A stretch of DNA of 64,000 nt from an uncultured delta proteobacterium. Its GTDB lineage: Bacteria; Desulfobacterota; Binatia; UBA9968. The notes under the pieces were generated by a model, which saw only the letters and a program-made list of their open reading frames with translations, was not told the DNA's origin and did no database searches. Location of the stretch: assembly GCA_963760795.1 (NCBI GenBank), contig CAVXEP010000007.1, positions 32,001-96,000 on the forward strand, in the 5' to 3' direction. The position numbers were made by a program, and so were the translations under genes. This document shows positions 29,665 through 42,512 of the stretch, piece by piece; the stretch's first letter is position 1, and every line of letters begins with the position of its first letter.

Positions 29665-30744
29665 TTACTTCGCGCGCCGCTGCACGCCAAAAGTGCGGTT
29701 GTATTGATCGATGATGTCATTCAAGTTCGGTCCGATCGACGACGGGCTCAAGAACACGAAATCTTTTTGAAATAGCTCCTGCACCCAGGCTCGGTGCTTG
29801 ATGCCGCGGCGCACGGATAAGCGCCCGACCTCAGCCATGCGCGTTTGGCCTTCTTCCGACAGCATCCAATCGATAAACAAGACAGCGGCAAAAGGATGGG
29901 GTGCCCGCTGCATCAGGGTGACGAAGTTAGGTTCGCCGGCATAGGGATCGAGCACGCGGTAATCGATGGGCGCGCCCTGCTGCTTATATTCCGACACGCG
30001 CCGGCCGCGTGCCGCGATGGCGATGGCCGACTCGCCGGCGAGCATGAGCTGCACGCGCATGACACTGCTCGACCCGGGCATGGCGAGATCCTGCTTAGCC
30101 AAGCCTTGCATTAACTCGTTGCCCTTGGCTTTGCCCATGGTTTCGAGGAGAACGTTGAACCAGGTGTACTCCTCGGTGCCCAAACTCATCTTGCCCTTCC
30201 ACTTGGGATGCAATAAGTCGGCGTAGCTGCGCGGCGCGTCAGCGGCGGAAACCTGCTTGGTGTTGAAGCCCAGCACTAGCGGCGTCACGTCGAAGGCCTG
30301 CCAAAAACCCTCGGGATCGAACGCACCAGACTGTAGCGCACTCCGCTCAGGCGAGAGATACGGCGCCGACAGCTTGCGCTGCTTGAGCTGCCACATCTCC
30401 ACCGGCGCCGAGCCGATCACGTCGGCGGCGAATCTGCCGGCGCGCGCTTCGGTGTCCACCCGGGTGAACAAGCCGGACGGCGTCGCGCGATAAGTATTGG
30501 TCTTGAGAAACGGGTAGGCTTTTTCAAAATGCGGCAAGATCTTCGGGTAATCGGTCAAGCTCAGCGAAGTATAGAAGACGATCTCGCCTTCTTTCTTCGC
30601 CCCTGCTTCGAGAAAAGTCTTGCGCTCGGCGCCGGACAGCGCCGAGGCTTTTTTGACGACTTCCTCGACGGTGGCAGCGATCCCGCTCCCCGACGACCCC
30701 ACCATCAGCCAGCCAACAAGCAGCAGGCGAATAATTTTCTGCAT
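29665..30744 (-). CDS. ABC transporter extracellular solute-binding protein (Fe/polyamine-type)
   Basis: GAKKEGEIVFYTS, DLLHPKWKGK, APHPFAAVLFIDWMLSEEGQ. Confidence 0.9.
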   Translation of the reverse strand: MQKIIRLLLVGWLMVGSSGSGIAATVEEVVKKASALSGAERKTFLEAGAKKEGEIVFYTSLSLTDYPKILPHFEKAYPFLKTNTYRATPSGLFTRVDTEARAGRFAADVIGSAPVEMWQLKQRKLSAPYLSPERSALQSGAFDPEGFWQAFDVTPLVLGFNTKQVSAADAPRSYADLLHPKWKGKMSLGTEEYTWFNVLLETMGKAKGNELMQGLAKQDLAMPGSSSVMRVQLMLAGESAIAIAARGRRVSEYKQQGAPIDYRVLDPYAGEPNFVTLMQRAPHPFAAVLFIDWMLSEEGQTRMAEVGRLSVRRGIKHRAWVQELFQKDFVFLSPSSIGPNLNDIIDQYNRTFGVQRRAK

Positions 30745-30759
30745 GGACAGTCGCCGCGA

Positions 30760-31137
30760 TTACAGATCGTTGCGGCGAACCGGGCCCCAGCCCGTCGTCG
30801 AGATGTCGATCAAGTTGCCATCGGGATCGCTGGCCCGCCCTTCGGCGTAAGTCGCAATGCGATCCTTCGGCGCGCCTTCGGGATAGACGTCCATGATCCG
30901 CTTGGTGGTTTCCTGAGCATCGTCGATATGAAAGCCGAAGTGATACAGCCCCGCCGGATGTCCCGGCTCTTTGGGATCGTTGGCATTTAGAATCGCGAGA
31001 TTCACCTCGCCGTCGGAAAGATGCACCGAACCGTTCTTGGTTTTGTACATCTCCTGCATGTCGAAAACCCGCTTGTAATAATCCGCCATCTTCGCCGGCT
31101 GATGCGTCAAGATCGCCAAATGTCTGAGCTTTGCCAT
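30760..31137 (-). CDS. VOC (glyoxalase/bleomycin resistance) family protein
   Basis: MAKLRHLAI, LSDGEVNLAIL, GLYHFGF, DPDGNLIDIS; SD ggagg before ATG 31137. Confidence 0.88.
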   Translation of the reverse strand: MAKLRHLAILTHQPAKMADYYKRVFDMQEMYKTKNGSVHLSDGEVNLAILNANDPKEPGHPAGLYHFGFHIDDAQETTKRIMDVYPEGAPKDRIATYAEGRASDPDGNLIDISTTGWGPVRRNDL

Positions 31138-31231
31138 GATCGTCCCTCCAATATATTTGCAAGTCATGTCAGCGCTATCACCGCACAAATAGCCTGTCAA
31201 CGCGGGTTCCACTTCCGACTTTCGGAAACTG

Positions 31232-31266
31232 TTTGAACGTTTTGAACGGCTTGAACGGTTTGAACG
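31232..31266. repeat. TTGAACNNN 9-mer tandem repeat
   Basis: tttgaacgttttgaacggcttgaacggtttgaacg, preceded by the palindrome ttccgactttcggaa. Confidence 0.8.
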
Positions 31267-31286
31267 ATTCCAGCGCTCCGCGCGCG

Positions 31287-32237
31287 CTATTCGATCACCA
31301 TCGTCGTGCCAACGCTGTTGGGCGTGAACGCCTCGGGAAACTCGCGCGCGATCAGATGCGTCGCCTTCCAGCCGGTACAGTGCTGCGGCACGATGACGCC
31401 GGGATTGAATTCTTTCAACGCCTGCACCGTCAGCTGAACGATCGGTTCGAAGATCGGCCCGGTCAAGTGAAAGCCGCCGATGACCGCGTGAATTTGCTTC
31501 ATCCCGGTCATGTCGCGCGCGCATTTCAACGTGTTGACCACGCCGGCGTGGCCGCAGCCGGTAAGCACGACGAGTCCCTTGTTCTTCACATTGATAACGA
31601 TCGCTTGATCGTCGTGAATCCACGGGTCGGGCTGCCACTTGCCATCGATCAGTGCGACTTGATTGGGGCTGCCTTTTTCAAACGGCGTCGTCCGCGGAAT
31701 CTGCCCGGTCACGAGCGCGTTGCCGCCGATCAACATGGTCGGCCCACGCTCCTCGATGATCTGCACATCCTCGCCTTCAAGATCTTTTTTGCTCGGCGGA
31801 ATATGCTCCGACTCATGTCCGTCGCCCTGAATGTTTTTCCTTTTCAGGTAGGCGTCGGGATGGAGCACGATCGGCACCCGCGGCCGGCCATAGCGCTTGA
31901 TGAATCCTAGCAAGCCGCGCGTGTGGTCGGTGTGGCCATGGCTCAAGACCACGGCATGAAGCTCGTTGCCCTTGATGTCGAGCACGTCCATATTATGCAG
32001 CACGCCATCGACGGTCACGCCGGTGTCGAATAGAAACGAATCTTTGTGACCGGCCGAGTAGGTCGTCACCAGCATCGACACGCCATGCTCGGCGCGCAAC
32101 TGCGGCCACGCATGGGCATCGCTGCCACGCTTGTGGCGCTTGGCCACCGGTGTGTTGCCCATCAGCACGTCGATGGAATTGTCCATCACGCTCAAGATCT
32201 CCACGCGGTCGACCTCTTTCAGCGGCACCAGAGCCAT
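31287..32237 (-). CDS. MBL-fold metallo-hydrolase (dihydropteroate synthase-like MBL subgroup)
   Basis: AEHG, LFDTG, LSHGHTDH, LTGCGHAG, IGGFHL, PQHCTG. Confidence 0.88.
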   Translation of the reverse strand: MALVPLKEVDRVEILSVMDNSIDVLMGNTPVAKRHKRGSDAHAWPQLRAEHGVSMLVTTYSAGHKDSFLFDTGVTVDGVLHNMDVLDIKGNELHAVVLSHGHTDHTRGLLGFIKRYGRPRVPIVLHPDAYLKRKNIQGDGHESEHIPPSKKDLEGEDVQIIEERGPTMLIGGNALVTGQIPRTTPFEKGSPNQVALIDGKWQPDPWIHDDQAIVINVKNKGLVVLTGCGHAGVVNTLKCARDMTGMKQIHAVIGGFHLTGPIFEPIVQLTVQALKEFNPGVIVPQHCTGWKATHLIAREFPEAFTPNSVGTTMVIE

Positions 32238-32245
32238 AGCGCCTC

Positions 32246-33058
32246 CTATTTCACTTCGTAGAGGAACGGCTTTTTCAGCATCCAGTTGACGATCTGCTCG
32301 ATCGTCTCAGATTCCTTGCCCAGAAAGCCATGCTGGCTGCGCGCTTCGCAGGGCGTCGACTGCGGCGGCAAACCGCCCCACACGGTGATCAGTGGGAACT
32401 TTTCAGAATAGCGCGCGGCATCGCCGTAAGGCGTGTAGCGGCATTGATCGCTGGCATGGTGCGCGAACAAAAGCGGGATTTGAATCGTCGCGAAGTCGAA
32501 TCTGCTGAGACCGGGGCCGGGCTCGTTACTGTTCCGCCCGGCCTCGCGAAACATCGTCGCGGTGAGCACGGCGCCGGCGATTCTCGGACCGAAACGAGCG
32601 CCGAGCGCCGCCGCGGATATCGTGCCGCGGCTGGTGCCGATCAGAAACACAGCCACGCCGGGGAAACGCTTATTGAGATCGGCGACTACGGCGGAGATAT
32701 CCGTGAAGTGATCGCTGCCGAGGCGAAACTCATCGCTCATGCCCCAGCCGCTTTGCAGGTCCGAGGGCGCGTCGACGATAGCCGCGATAACGCCGCGCTT
32801 GATGAACTCGGACCGGCTGCGGACAAGAAAATTGCCGCCGGCAAACTTCGGCTGGCCGCCTTCGCTGCGAAGCTGAATCAAACCGCCGGAGCCGGGAAAC
32901 AAGACGGCAATCGCTTGCAGCTGTTTCGGCGCACTGGTGAGGAAATAGGATTGCGTCACGCCGGCGCGTGTCGGCAACGTGACAATTTCCTGCGCGCCGG
33001 CGACATCACAAAGACTGGCAACCCAGCAGGCAACGACAATGCGATTAAGGTGGTCCAT
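32246..33058 (-). CDS. Secreted alpha/beta hydrolase family protein
   Basis: Signal-like N-terminus, LFPGSGG, NFLVRSR, GTSRGT elbow, HHASDQC, CEARSQHGF. Confidence 0.8.
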   Translation of the reverse strand: MDHLNRIVVACWVASLCDVAGAQEIVTLPTRAGVTQSYFLTSAPKQLQAIAVLFPGSGGLIQLRSEGGQPKFAGGNFLVRSRSEFIKRGVIAAIVDAPSDLQSGWGMSDEFRLGSDHFTDISAVVADLNKRFPGVAVFLIGTSRGTISAAALGARFGPRIAGAVLTATMFREAGRNSNEPGPGLSRFDFATIQIPLLFAHHASDQCRYTPYGDAARYSEKFPLITVWGGLPPQSTPCEARSQHGFLGKESETIEQIVNWMLKKPFLYEVK

Positions 33059-33075
33059 GAACACGCGATGGAAAC

Positions 33076-33984
33076 TTACTTCTTGACGACCTTCCACGCC
33101 TGTTCGATATTCACTGGCAGGCGATCTTGCCCCTGCCAGTCGGCATACTCAGGCATCTTGAGCTCTTGCTTAACCTGATCGAGAGTCATTCCCTTGGCCG
33201 CCATCTCGCCCACCCGTTTCATCAGCAAAGTGTAATAGCCTTCGTACTCGTCGAAGATTTTGGTCGTGGTCGGCTGGCCATGGCCGGCAATGACGATTTC
33301 CGGGTTCAACGACTTCATCAATTTATAACTCGCCAGTACGTCGGGGATCACCACCGTCGGCCGCATGTTAATAAAAGTTTTGACGTTGGCCGCCGAGGCC
33401 GCGAACAGCACGCGTTCCTTGGGCATCCATACGGCCGTATCGGCAAAGCTGTGAACGTTTTTCAAATAGATCAATTCAAAGCTGCGCTCGCCGACGTTAA
33501 GCGTCATGCGATCTCTATACTCGATATGCGGCGGGATCATCTTCTCGCCTTTCACCGCCTCACGCATCTCCGGCGATTGCGCCGCCAGTGTCTCGGCGCG
33601 CTTGGGATTGTATTCCTTTTTCATCCCGGCTCCCGCCCCCTCGGCGTTGATGATCCTCGCCGGCGGCGAAAAAACAAAATGGTTGCCGGTATGATCGGGG
33701 TGGGTCTCGGTATCGATCAGGAAAAGAATCGGCTTGTCGGTAACCTTTTTGATCGCCGCCAACATGTTGCGCGAGTGCAGCGGGCTGTTGCAGGCATCGA
33801 TCATCACGACACCTTCCTCTGTCACGACAAAACTGCACGTCGTTGTACCTTGGTCTGGGGCAAAGGTGTAAATGCCGTCTTTGATCTTGTGAAACCCAGG
33901 GCCGAGGTCCTGCGCGCTCGATGCGCCTGCCCATAAGAACGCCGCGACGGCGGCCGCGCCAAGCGTATGGAGAGTCAATTTCAT
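33076..33984 (-). CDS. Secreted MBL-fold protein (cyclase-like) with a degenerate metal motif
   Basis: Signal peptide, GVVMID, ETHPDH, NVHS..D, IAGHG; SD aggagg. Confidence 0.82.
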   Translation of the reverse strand: MKLTLHTLGAAAVAAFLWAGASSAQDLGPGFHKIKDGIYTFAPDQGTTTCSFVVTEEGVVMIDACNSPLHSRNMLAAIKKVTDKPILFLIDTETHPDHTGNHFVFSPPARIINAEGAGAGMKKEYNPKRAETLAAQSPEMREAVKGEKMIPPHIEYRDRMTLNVGERSFELIYLKNVHSFADTAVWMPKERVLFAASAANVKTFINMRPTVVIPDVLASYKLMKSLNPEIVIAGHGQPTTTKIFDEYEGYYTLLMKRVGEMAAKGMTLDQVKQELKMPEYADWQGQDRLPVNIEQAWKVVKK

Positions 33985-34156
33985 GGCTACCTCCTTTTGT
34001 AAAACAGCAGACATTTCCGATCCGCGCCTAAGCTAACCGAAACACGCGGAGAGCGTCAAGCAACGATAGTCCGAATGTTTGGCATTGACCATTGAACTCA
34101 GGTTGTACTAAAGAGGCCCAATCTGAGGCGCATTCGCTATAGCGACCGGAGGCTAT

Positions 34157-35182
34157 ATGAAACCAACGTTCCTAGCTGTCGTCGTCCTGCTCGCCGTCTC
34201 GGCTGCCCAAGCCCAGACGCCGTTTTACCAAGGCAAGACGATCCGCATCGTCACCGGCTACCCCGCCGGCGATGTCAACGATCTCTGGCCGCGCCTCGTC
34301 GCCCGGCATATGGGCAAGTATATTCCCGGCAATCCCAGCTTCATCGTGCAGAACATGCCCGGCGCCAGTTCCATGATCGCGGCGAATTACGTCTACAGCG
34401 TTGCCAAGCCTGACGGCCTCACTCTCGGCTGGATCGCGCCAACGCTTTATTTCGATCAACTGGTCCGCCGCCCGGAAGCGCGATTCGATTGGGCCAAGTA
34501 CAGCTTCATCGGCTCGCCGGCGCAAAGCGAGCATCATCTCTACATGCGCACCGATAGTCCGTACAAAACCATCGAAGACGTGCGCAAAGCCAGCGAGCCG
34601 CCGAAATGCGGCTCCGGCGGCGCCACCGGCACCGGCTTTTATTTTCCCAAGCTGCTCGAAGAAACCGTTGGCGCCAAATTCAATATCGTTCTCGGCTATC
34701 AAGGCGGCGGTCCCATCGACTTGGCGGTGGAAAAGGGCGAGATCCACTGCCGCGCCATGACCATCGAATCTTTCATGGCCCGCGAGCCGTTTCATACCTG
34801 GCGCAAAAATAATTTCGTCCGGAGCCTGGCCCAATCGGCGCGCAAGCGCGACCCGCGTCTGCCCGACACCCCGACCATCCACGAACTGATGGATCAGTAT
34901 AAAACTGCCGAGCAATCGCGCCGGGTTGCCACTGTGATCCTCGCCGGAGGCGTCTTCGGCCGCCCGCTGGTCGGCCCAGCCGGTATCCCACCGGAAATAG
35001 TGAAAACCCTGCGCGCCGGCGTGGCCAGCGCCCTCAAGGATACCGAACTTAAAATTGAAGCTGAAAAACGCAACTACGAACTCGACCCGGTGGCCGGCGA
35101 AGAAATGCAGCGCCTAGCGAAAGAAGTCATGAGCCAACCGCCCGCGGTGTTGGAGCGAATGAAGAAGGTGTTGGGCGAGTAG
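34157..35182 (+). CDS. Bug/TctC family substrate-binding protein
   Basis: FYQGKTIRIVTG, IPGNP..VQNMPGA, AKPDGLT, KCGSGG, GYQGGGPIDLAVEKGEI. Confidence 0.9.
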   Translation: MKPTFLAVVVLLAVSAAQAQTPFYQGKTIRIVTGYPAGDVNDLWPRLVARHMGKYIPGNPSFIVQNMPGASSMIAANYVYSVAKPDGLTLGWIAPTLYFDQLVRRPEARFDWAKYSFIGSPAQSEHHLYMRTDSPYKTIEDVRKASEPPKCGSGGATGTGFYFPKLLEETVGAKFNIVLGYQGGGPIDLAVEKGEIHCRAMTIESFMAREPFHTWRKNNFVRSLAQSARKRDPRLPDTPTIHELMDQYKTAEQSRRVATVILAGGVFGRPLVGPAGIPPEIVKTLRAGVASALKDTELKIEAEKRNYELDPVAGEEMQRLAKEVMSQPPAVLERMKKVLGE

Positions 35183-35233
35183 CTAAGATCAATTCACCGC
35201 GAAGAAAGTGCGATAGGGTCGCGACTGCGCAGG

Positions 35234-36240
35234 TTATTTGCCAAACGTATCCTGAAATAGTTTTACGTAGCGGTCGAAATTTTCATATACCTGTTCGGCG
35301 GTGAACACCGCGGTAAAGCCTTGCGCCAGCTTGGGCGGATCAGGCAGGACATCGATGCGGTCGGGCACGCGTCGCTGCGCGCGAATGGTTTCCTGACCAA
35401 CTTTCGACAAGACGAAATCGATAAACAACTTGCCGGCACTGGAGCGCGGCGACTTAGCGGCAAGTCCCATCGGATTCAGGTTGGCATAGACCGGATCGAG
35501 CGGCACCCAGTCCACCGGGGCGCCATCGCGCTTGAGACTCTCGAAGTTCTGCGAGTAAGCCGCCAGTCCCGAATTGACTTCCCCCGCCGCCACCAATTGC
35601 GCGAGCAGCGTGCGACCATTGCGCAATTGCGGCTGTTGTTTCGCGAGCTCGCGCATGAAGACCAAACCCTTTTCTTGCCCCATCGCCTGCAACATCACCG
35701 CAAACCATTCGTAGGCGGTCTGCACGATGCCGACTTGGCCGCGCCAAATCGGCTTCAGCAAATCGCTATGCGATTTCGGCACATTATCCCGGCTCACCAA
35801 CCGGCTGTTGTAACCCAGCACGGTGTAGTTGGTATAGATCGATGTCCACATCGCCTGCGGATCTTTGTGGCCGGTGCGAATGAACTTGCGCTCGGGAGAA
35901 TCGTACGCCGCTAACATGCCGCGCTTTTTGAGATTGTGCGCGTAAAACCCGGTGGTGCTCGCGACAGTCCCATTCGAACTTTCCCGCCCGCGACTCGGCG
36001 AGGATCCGTTCCATCAACGTGGCATCCCCGGCACGGTAAAACTGCGCATCGATCTTTGGATAAAGCTCCTTGAAGCGATCGATAATCCGCCGCCCATCCG
36101 TCGCTCCCGAGAGAAGCGTACCAGGTCACTTTCCCTTCCGCTTCGGCTTTGTCTTTCCACTCGGAAGCATGTGCGGACGAAAATGCCAGGCCAACGAGCA
36201 GAAACATCAACTGGATGATTTGCATGAACATGTTACGCAT
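35234..36240 (-). CDS. ABC extracellular solute-binding protein (frameshifts near 36105 and 35965)
   Basis: Three ORF pieces join: KAEAEGKVTWYASL / ERILAESRAGKFEWD / DLLKPIWRG...AGKLFIDFVLSKVGQ. Confidence 0.85.
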
Positions 36241-36273
36241 CTCAGCTAATCGTTGGTTGTAGAAGTAGACCCA

Positions 36274-37062
36274 TTAAACTTTAATAAACCCGTGCTTCTT
36301 GAGAAAATCCAAAATGTGAGAATCAAAAGTTGCCGGGTCTTCCAGACAGCAAGCATGGCCGGCGCCGGCTATCGTGCGATGCTCGGCGCCGGTGATGCGT
36401 GTGCTCATCTTTCTGCTACGCTCAAGCGAGTTGTCGAACTCGCCGTTCATGATCAGCACCGGCATTTTTAATTCCGGCAAACGCGCCGTCAGATCGCGAT
36501 TTTGCAAAGCATAGAAAATCTCGGCGATCGCCGGCGCGCTTAGACGCGAATCCATCTCGGTGTGCAGGCTGAGCAAATACTTGCCGATCCCGGTCCGGGG
36601 AAATGTTTTGCTGACCAAATCGGTCAAATGCTGAATGTGAAATTGTGCGACGCCTTGTTGCATATAGCCGTCGATCCGGCTCTGGTAACGATCGCCCGGC
36701 ATGCTGCTGCAGCCCACCAGAATCAAGGCTTTGAAAATCTCCGGATGGTCCAAACCCAGTTGCAAACCCATGACTCCGCCAACGCTTACGCCGGCGAACA
36801 CCGCCTCGCTCGCCTTTTCTTGCTGACATACCGCGACGACATCGTCGCACAGCTCGTTCATGGTAACCGGGGTTGCCGGTTTATCGGAATAACCGTAGCC
36901 GCGCAGGTCGATATTGATGACTTTCATGAAGGTCGAAAAATGCGCGACTTGATAAAGGAACATCCGCCGGTCAAACGGATTGGCGTGCATCAGCACCAGG
37001 GGATAGCCCTCGCCGGATACTTCGTAGTAGGTCTTAACGCCGTTTCTGCTGCTGTAGGGCAT
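36274..37062 (-). CDS. Alpha/beta fold hydrolase
   Basis: DLRGYGYS, GVSVGG, PVLIMNGEFD, GAGHACCLE. Confidence 0.9.
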   Translation of the reverse strand: MPYSSRNGVKTYYEVSGEGYPLVLMHANPFDRRMFLYQVAHFSTFMKVINIDLRGYGYSDKPATPVTMNELCDDVVAVCQQEKASEAVFAGVSVGGVMGLQLGLDHPEIFKALILVGCSSMPGDRYQSRIDGYMQQGVAQFHIQHLTDLVSKTFPRTGIGKYLLSLHTEMDSRLSAPAIAEIFYALQNRDLTARLPELKMPVLIMNGEFDNSLERSRKMSTRITGAEHRTIAGAGHACCLEDPATFDSHILDFLKKHGFIKV

Positions 37063-37095
37063 GAGCTCACTCCGTAGGGGACAGAGAAACGGACT

Positions 37096-37633
37096 CACCA
37101 CGAAGTGTTTCATGAGCTTGCGTCGTCTACAGATCATGAAAATCCGGAGGCCCCCTCCCGAGGGTTCATTCCTTAGACTCGTCATGCCGGCGCAGGCCGG
37201 CATCCGGGGCCGGAGGGGGATGGATACCGGCCTGCGCCGGTATGACGGAACAGAGAGTCGTTATCGATGCGCAGATCATCGCTGCACATGTATTTTCGAA
37301 GGAGCGAAGGCCACGAAGGTTTCGGAAAAAATTCCGAACTTCGTGCTCTTCGGTACTACTCTGCTGAATACTTACGCGGCTGGGCAAATTTTCCGGTGAC
37401 GGGAATACTAGAACATGGGATTGACTCGCGCAAAGGCGCAAAGCACGCCAAGTTCGGAGGGAAGAGATGAATTATCTTGAAGAATTTGTTCACCGTTATT
37501 TTCCGACCTTTGCGGCCTTTGCGTCTTTGCGCGAGATATTCCGAGTTTCGGTTGCGGCTCTGCCGCGCTAGGACCTTCGCGGTGAAAACTCTTTCCCATT
37601 TGGTTGCGGCCGTGCCTCGCGTCCTTCGTGGTG
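37096..37633. mobile_element. Nested mosaic of non-autonomous repeat (MITE/REP-like) elements
   Basis: Family A arms are split by inserts; the region contains a CGTC REP doublet (37180-37247), a CGCAAAG foldback (about 37426-37535) and ggttgcggctctgccgcgctagg; no credible ORF. Confidence 0.65.
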
Positions 37634-37643
37634 AAAGGTATAT

Positions 37644-38469
37644 TCAATCGTTCGCATGCGCCGCGAAGGTCGCCGAGTCTTCGTTGGTGATCTGCAGGCG
37701 AAAGCCGCTCGGTTCTCTGAAGTACGTTCCCAGCTGTCCCGGCTTCGGCCGTCGCGCTCGCCATGTTCATCGCGTTCTTCGATGCCGGCGGCATGAAGCT
37801 TTATCGACGATGGCGTGAAAGTTATCGTCGGTCACATTGAACGCGAAATGGCGGCCGCGCCAGGTCGCTTTGGTCACGTCGCTCAGCTCGTCGACTTTGT
37901 TCAGAATCACGCTCTGCCCCGACGGCAGCGCCACTTCGGCCATGGTGTGGTTGCCGTCCGCACCGTGCCGTTGAGAAAACGCTTGTAGAACTCCACGCTG
38001 GCGTTGATATCCGTGCTGTCAAAGTGCAAATGGTGCAAACGGGTCTTGGCGATACCGGGGGCTTTGGTGATCTCGAAAAAGTTGCCTTCGGAATCTTGAA
38101 ACACCAGGCCGTCTTTCCAACAGCAACCCAAACCGCTTTCCGTTTTGATGTCCGTACGAACACGCCGGCGCGGCGAATCTTTGCGACCATCCCGTCATAT
38201 TCGCCTTCCGGCACTTGGAACGAATGGCGCGGATAGGAATTGGCGCTCTCGCGTTTGGGCAACTGGTTCTTGCCCTGGGAAAATAGCCCGACGTGATTTT
38301 CGCCGAGCTTCATGAAGATGCGCGTCATCTTCGGCGCGTTCTCGGATTTCAAAGTGCGCGCGCCGATGACTTCGGTATAGAATTTTTCCGCCCGCTCCGG
38401 TTCCATCACCGCGACGACGAAATGATCCAGGTGCTGTACATCGCCTTTTGCTTTGGTTTTACCGCTCAT
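37644..38469 (-). CDS. Two-domain VOC family protein (several frameshifts)
   Basis: VQHLDHFVVAV, FYTEVIG, FQDSEGNFFEI, LHHLHF, then a second HFAF and YFREPSGFRLQI module in shifted frames. Confidence 0.75.
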
Positions 38470-38489
38470 AATTATCTCCTTTCTGTCAC

Positions 38490-41281
<2,792 letters not shown>

Positions 41282-41295
41282 GATTGGGCTCCGAA

Positions 41296-41376
41296 CGGAG
41301 TGTTGGAGTAATGGAGAATTGGAGTATTGGGTCCGGAGTCCATCACTCCATTACTCCACCACTCCATTACTCCAAC
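41296..41376. repeat. Foldback element with TGGAGTNN octamer units (second copy)
   Basis: cggagtgttggagtaatggagaattggagtattgg-gtccggagt-ccatcactccattactccaccactccattactcca. Confidence 0.88.
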
Positions 41377-41386
41377 CATCCGCGTT

Positions 41387-42439
41387 TCAGTTTCCCGCCA
41401 AAATCTTCTGAAACTTCTGCCGAATGCGGCTATGCTCCTCGGCGTTCTTCACGACCTCCGATACCGAATAGGCGGTAAACTTCACGCCGCGCTTTTCCTG
41501 CTCGGCGACGAATTTTTGCATCGGCGTGCCCTTGACCAGATGGGAACTGCTGCGCTCGGTGTTGTAGAGAATATCCTGGCCGTCTTTGCTCAGCAGAAAT
41601 GCCGCCAGCAACGTCGCCGCGTTGGGATTGCGCGCATTGCTCGGCACGGTGACGTACCAGTAGGAAAGAATGCCGGCGTCTCTAAAAACCTGGCCGTCCA
41701 CCGGCCCGCCCTTTTCCTTGGCTTCCTGCGGCGCGGCGAGATCGCAGTTGAACACCAGCATGGCGAACTCGCCGGCGGCGATGCGGTCGTCTTCGCCGCA
41801 GCGGATCAGCCCGGCGACCTGCTTGACGAATTTCTCCAAGAATGCGGTGGTTTTCTCCTCGCCCCAGATCATCGCCAGCCGGTCGAACGACGCCGCGTAG
41901 GGCGTCGACGCGATCTTACCTTTCCATTTGGGGTTGAGCACGTCTTCGACACGCTGCGGGATATCCTTGCCGGCGACCATCTTCGAGTTGTAGGTAAAGC
42001 CCGGCGTGCGCGTCGTCACGATCAAGACTTTATTGTCGAAATCGATCATCGGCGCGGTGATATGTGAAACGTCTTCGTCCACTCCACGCTCTTCAGCGAC
42101 ATGCGCGCCACATGGTTTTCCGAACCGACGAACAAATCCGTCGACGACGGCTGCCCGGCTTTGGCTTCTTGAATAATCCGGCTGGCGAACTGCGGCATCG
42201 CCGGACCGGGGGTGTATTTGAATTGTAAATTCAAACCGTAGGTTTTGTTGAACACCTTCTCCATCGTCGCCGCCCCGTCGATGCCGCCCATGGTCCCAGT
42301 GCCCCAGCTAAGAATCAGCTGGCCTTCTTTCTTCGCGCCCTCGATCAGCTGCGCCCGTGTCTGGGCAAATACGCTTGGCGGGCTTAACGCAGCGCCGATC
42401 GCCAACGACAATCAGCAATAGTTTGTGCACATGAGTCAT
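41387..42439 (-). CDS. ABC extracellular solute-binding protein (frameshifts near 42415 and 42080)
   Basis: LIEGAKKEGQL, DVLNPKWKGKI, ARNPNAATLLAAFLLSKDGQ; directly upstream of the permease. Confidence 0.85.
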
Positions 42440-42455
42440 AATCTCAGCCTCCGGC

Positions 42456-42509
42456 TTTGAACCCTCGAACCTTTGAACGCATTATTAACGGACTTGAACG
42501 GTTTGAACC
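42456..42509. repeat. TTGAAC tandem units
   Basis: tttgaaccctcgaacctttgaacg...cttgaacggtttgaacc. Confidence 0.7.
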
Positions 42510-42512
42510 AAT

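Noticed and set aside
30760-31638. 292 aa ORF as one long protein
   Set aside because: Only the last 125 aa are VOC-like and have their own SD/ATG at 31137; the rest overlaps the MBL gene and a repeat
37063-37203. N-terminal extension of the hydrolase (MPACAGMT...)
   Set aside because: It is a translation of the CGTC REP and family A repeat; similar spurious peptides occur at 28149..28373 and 37408..37794
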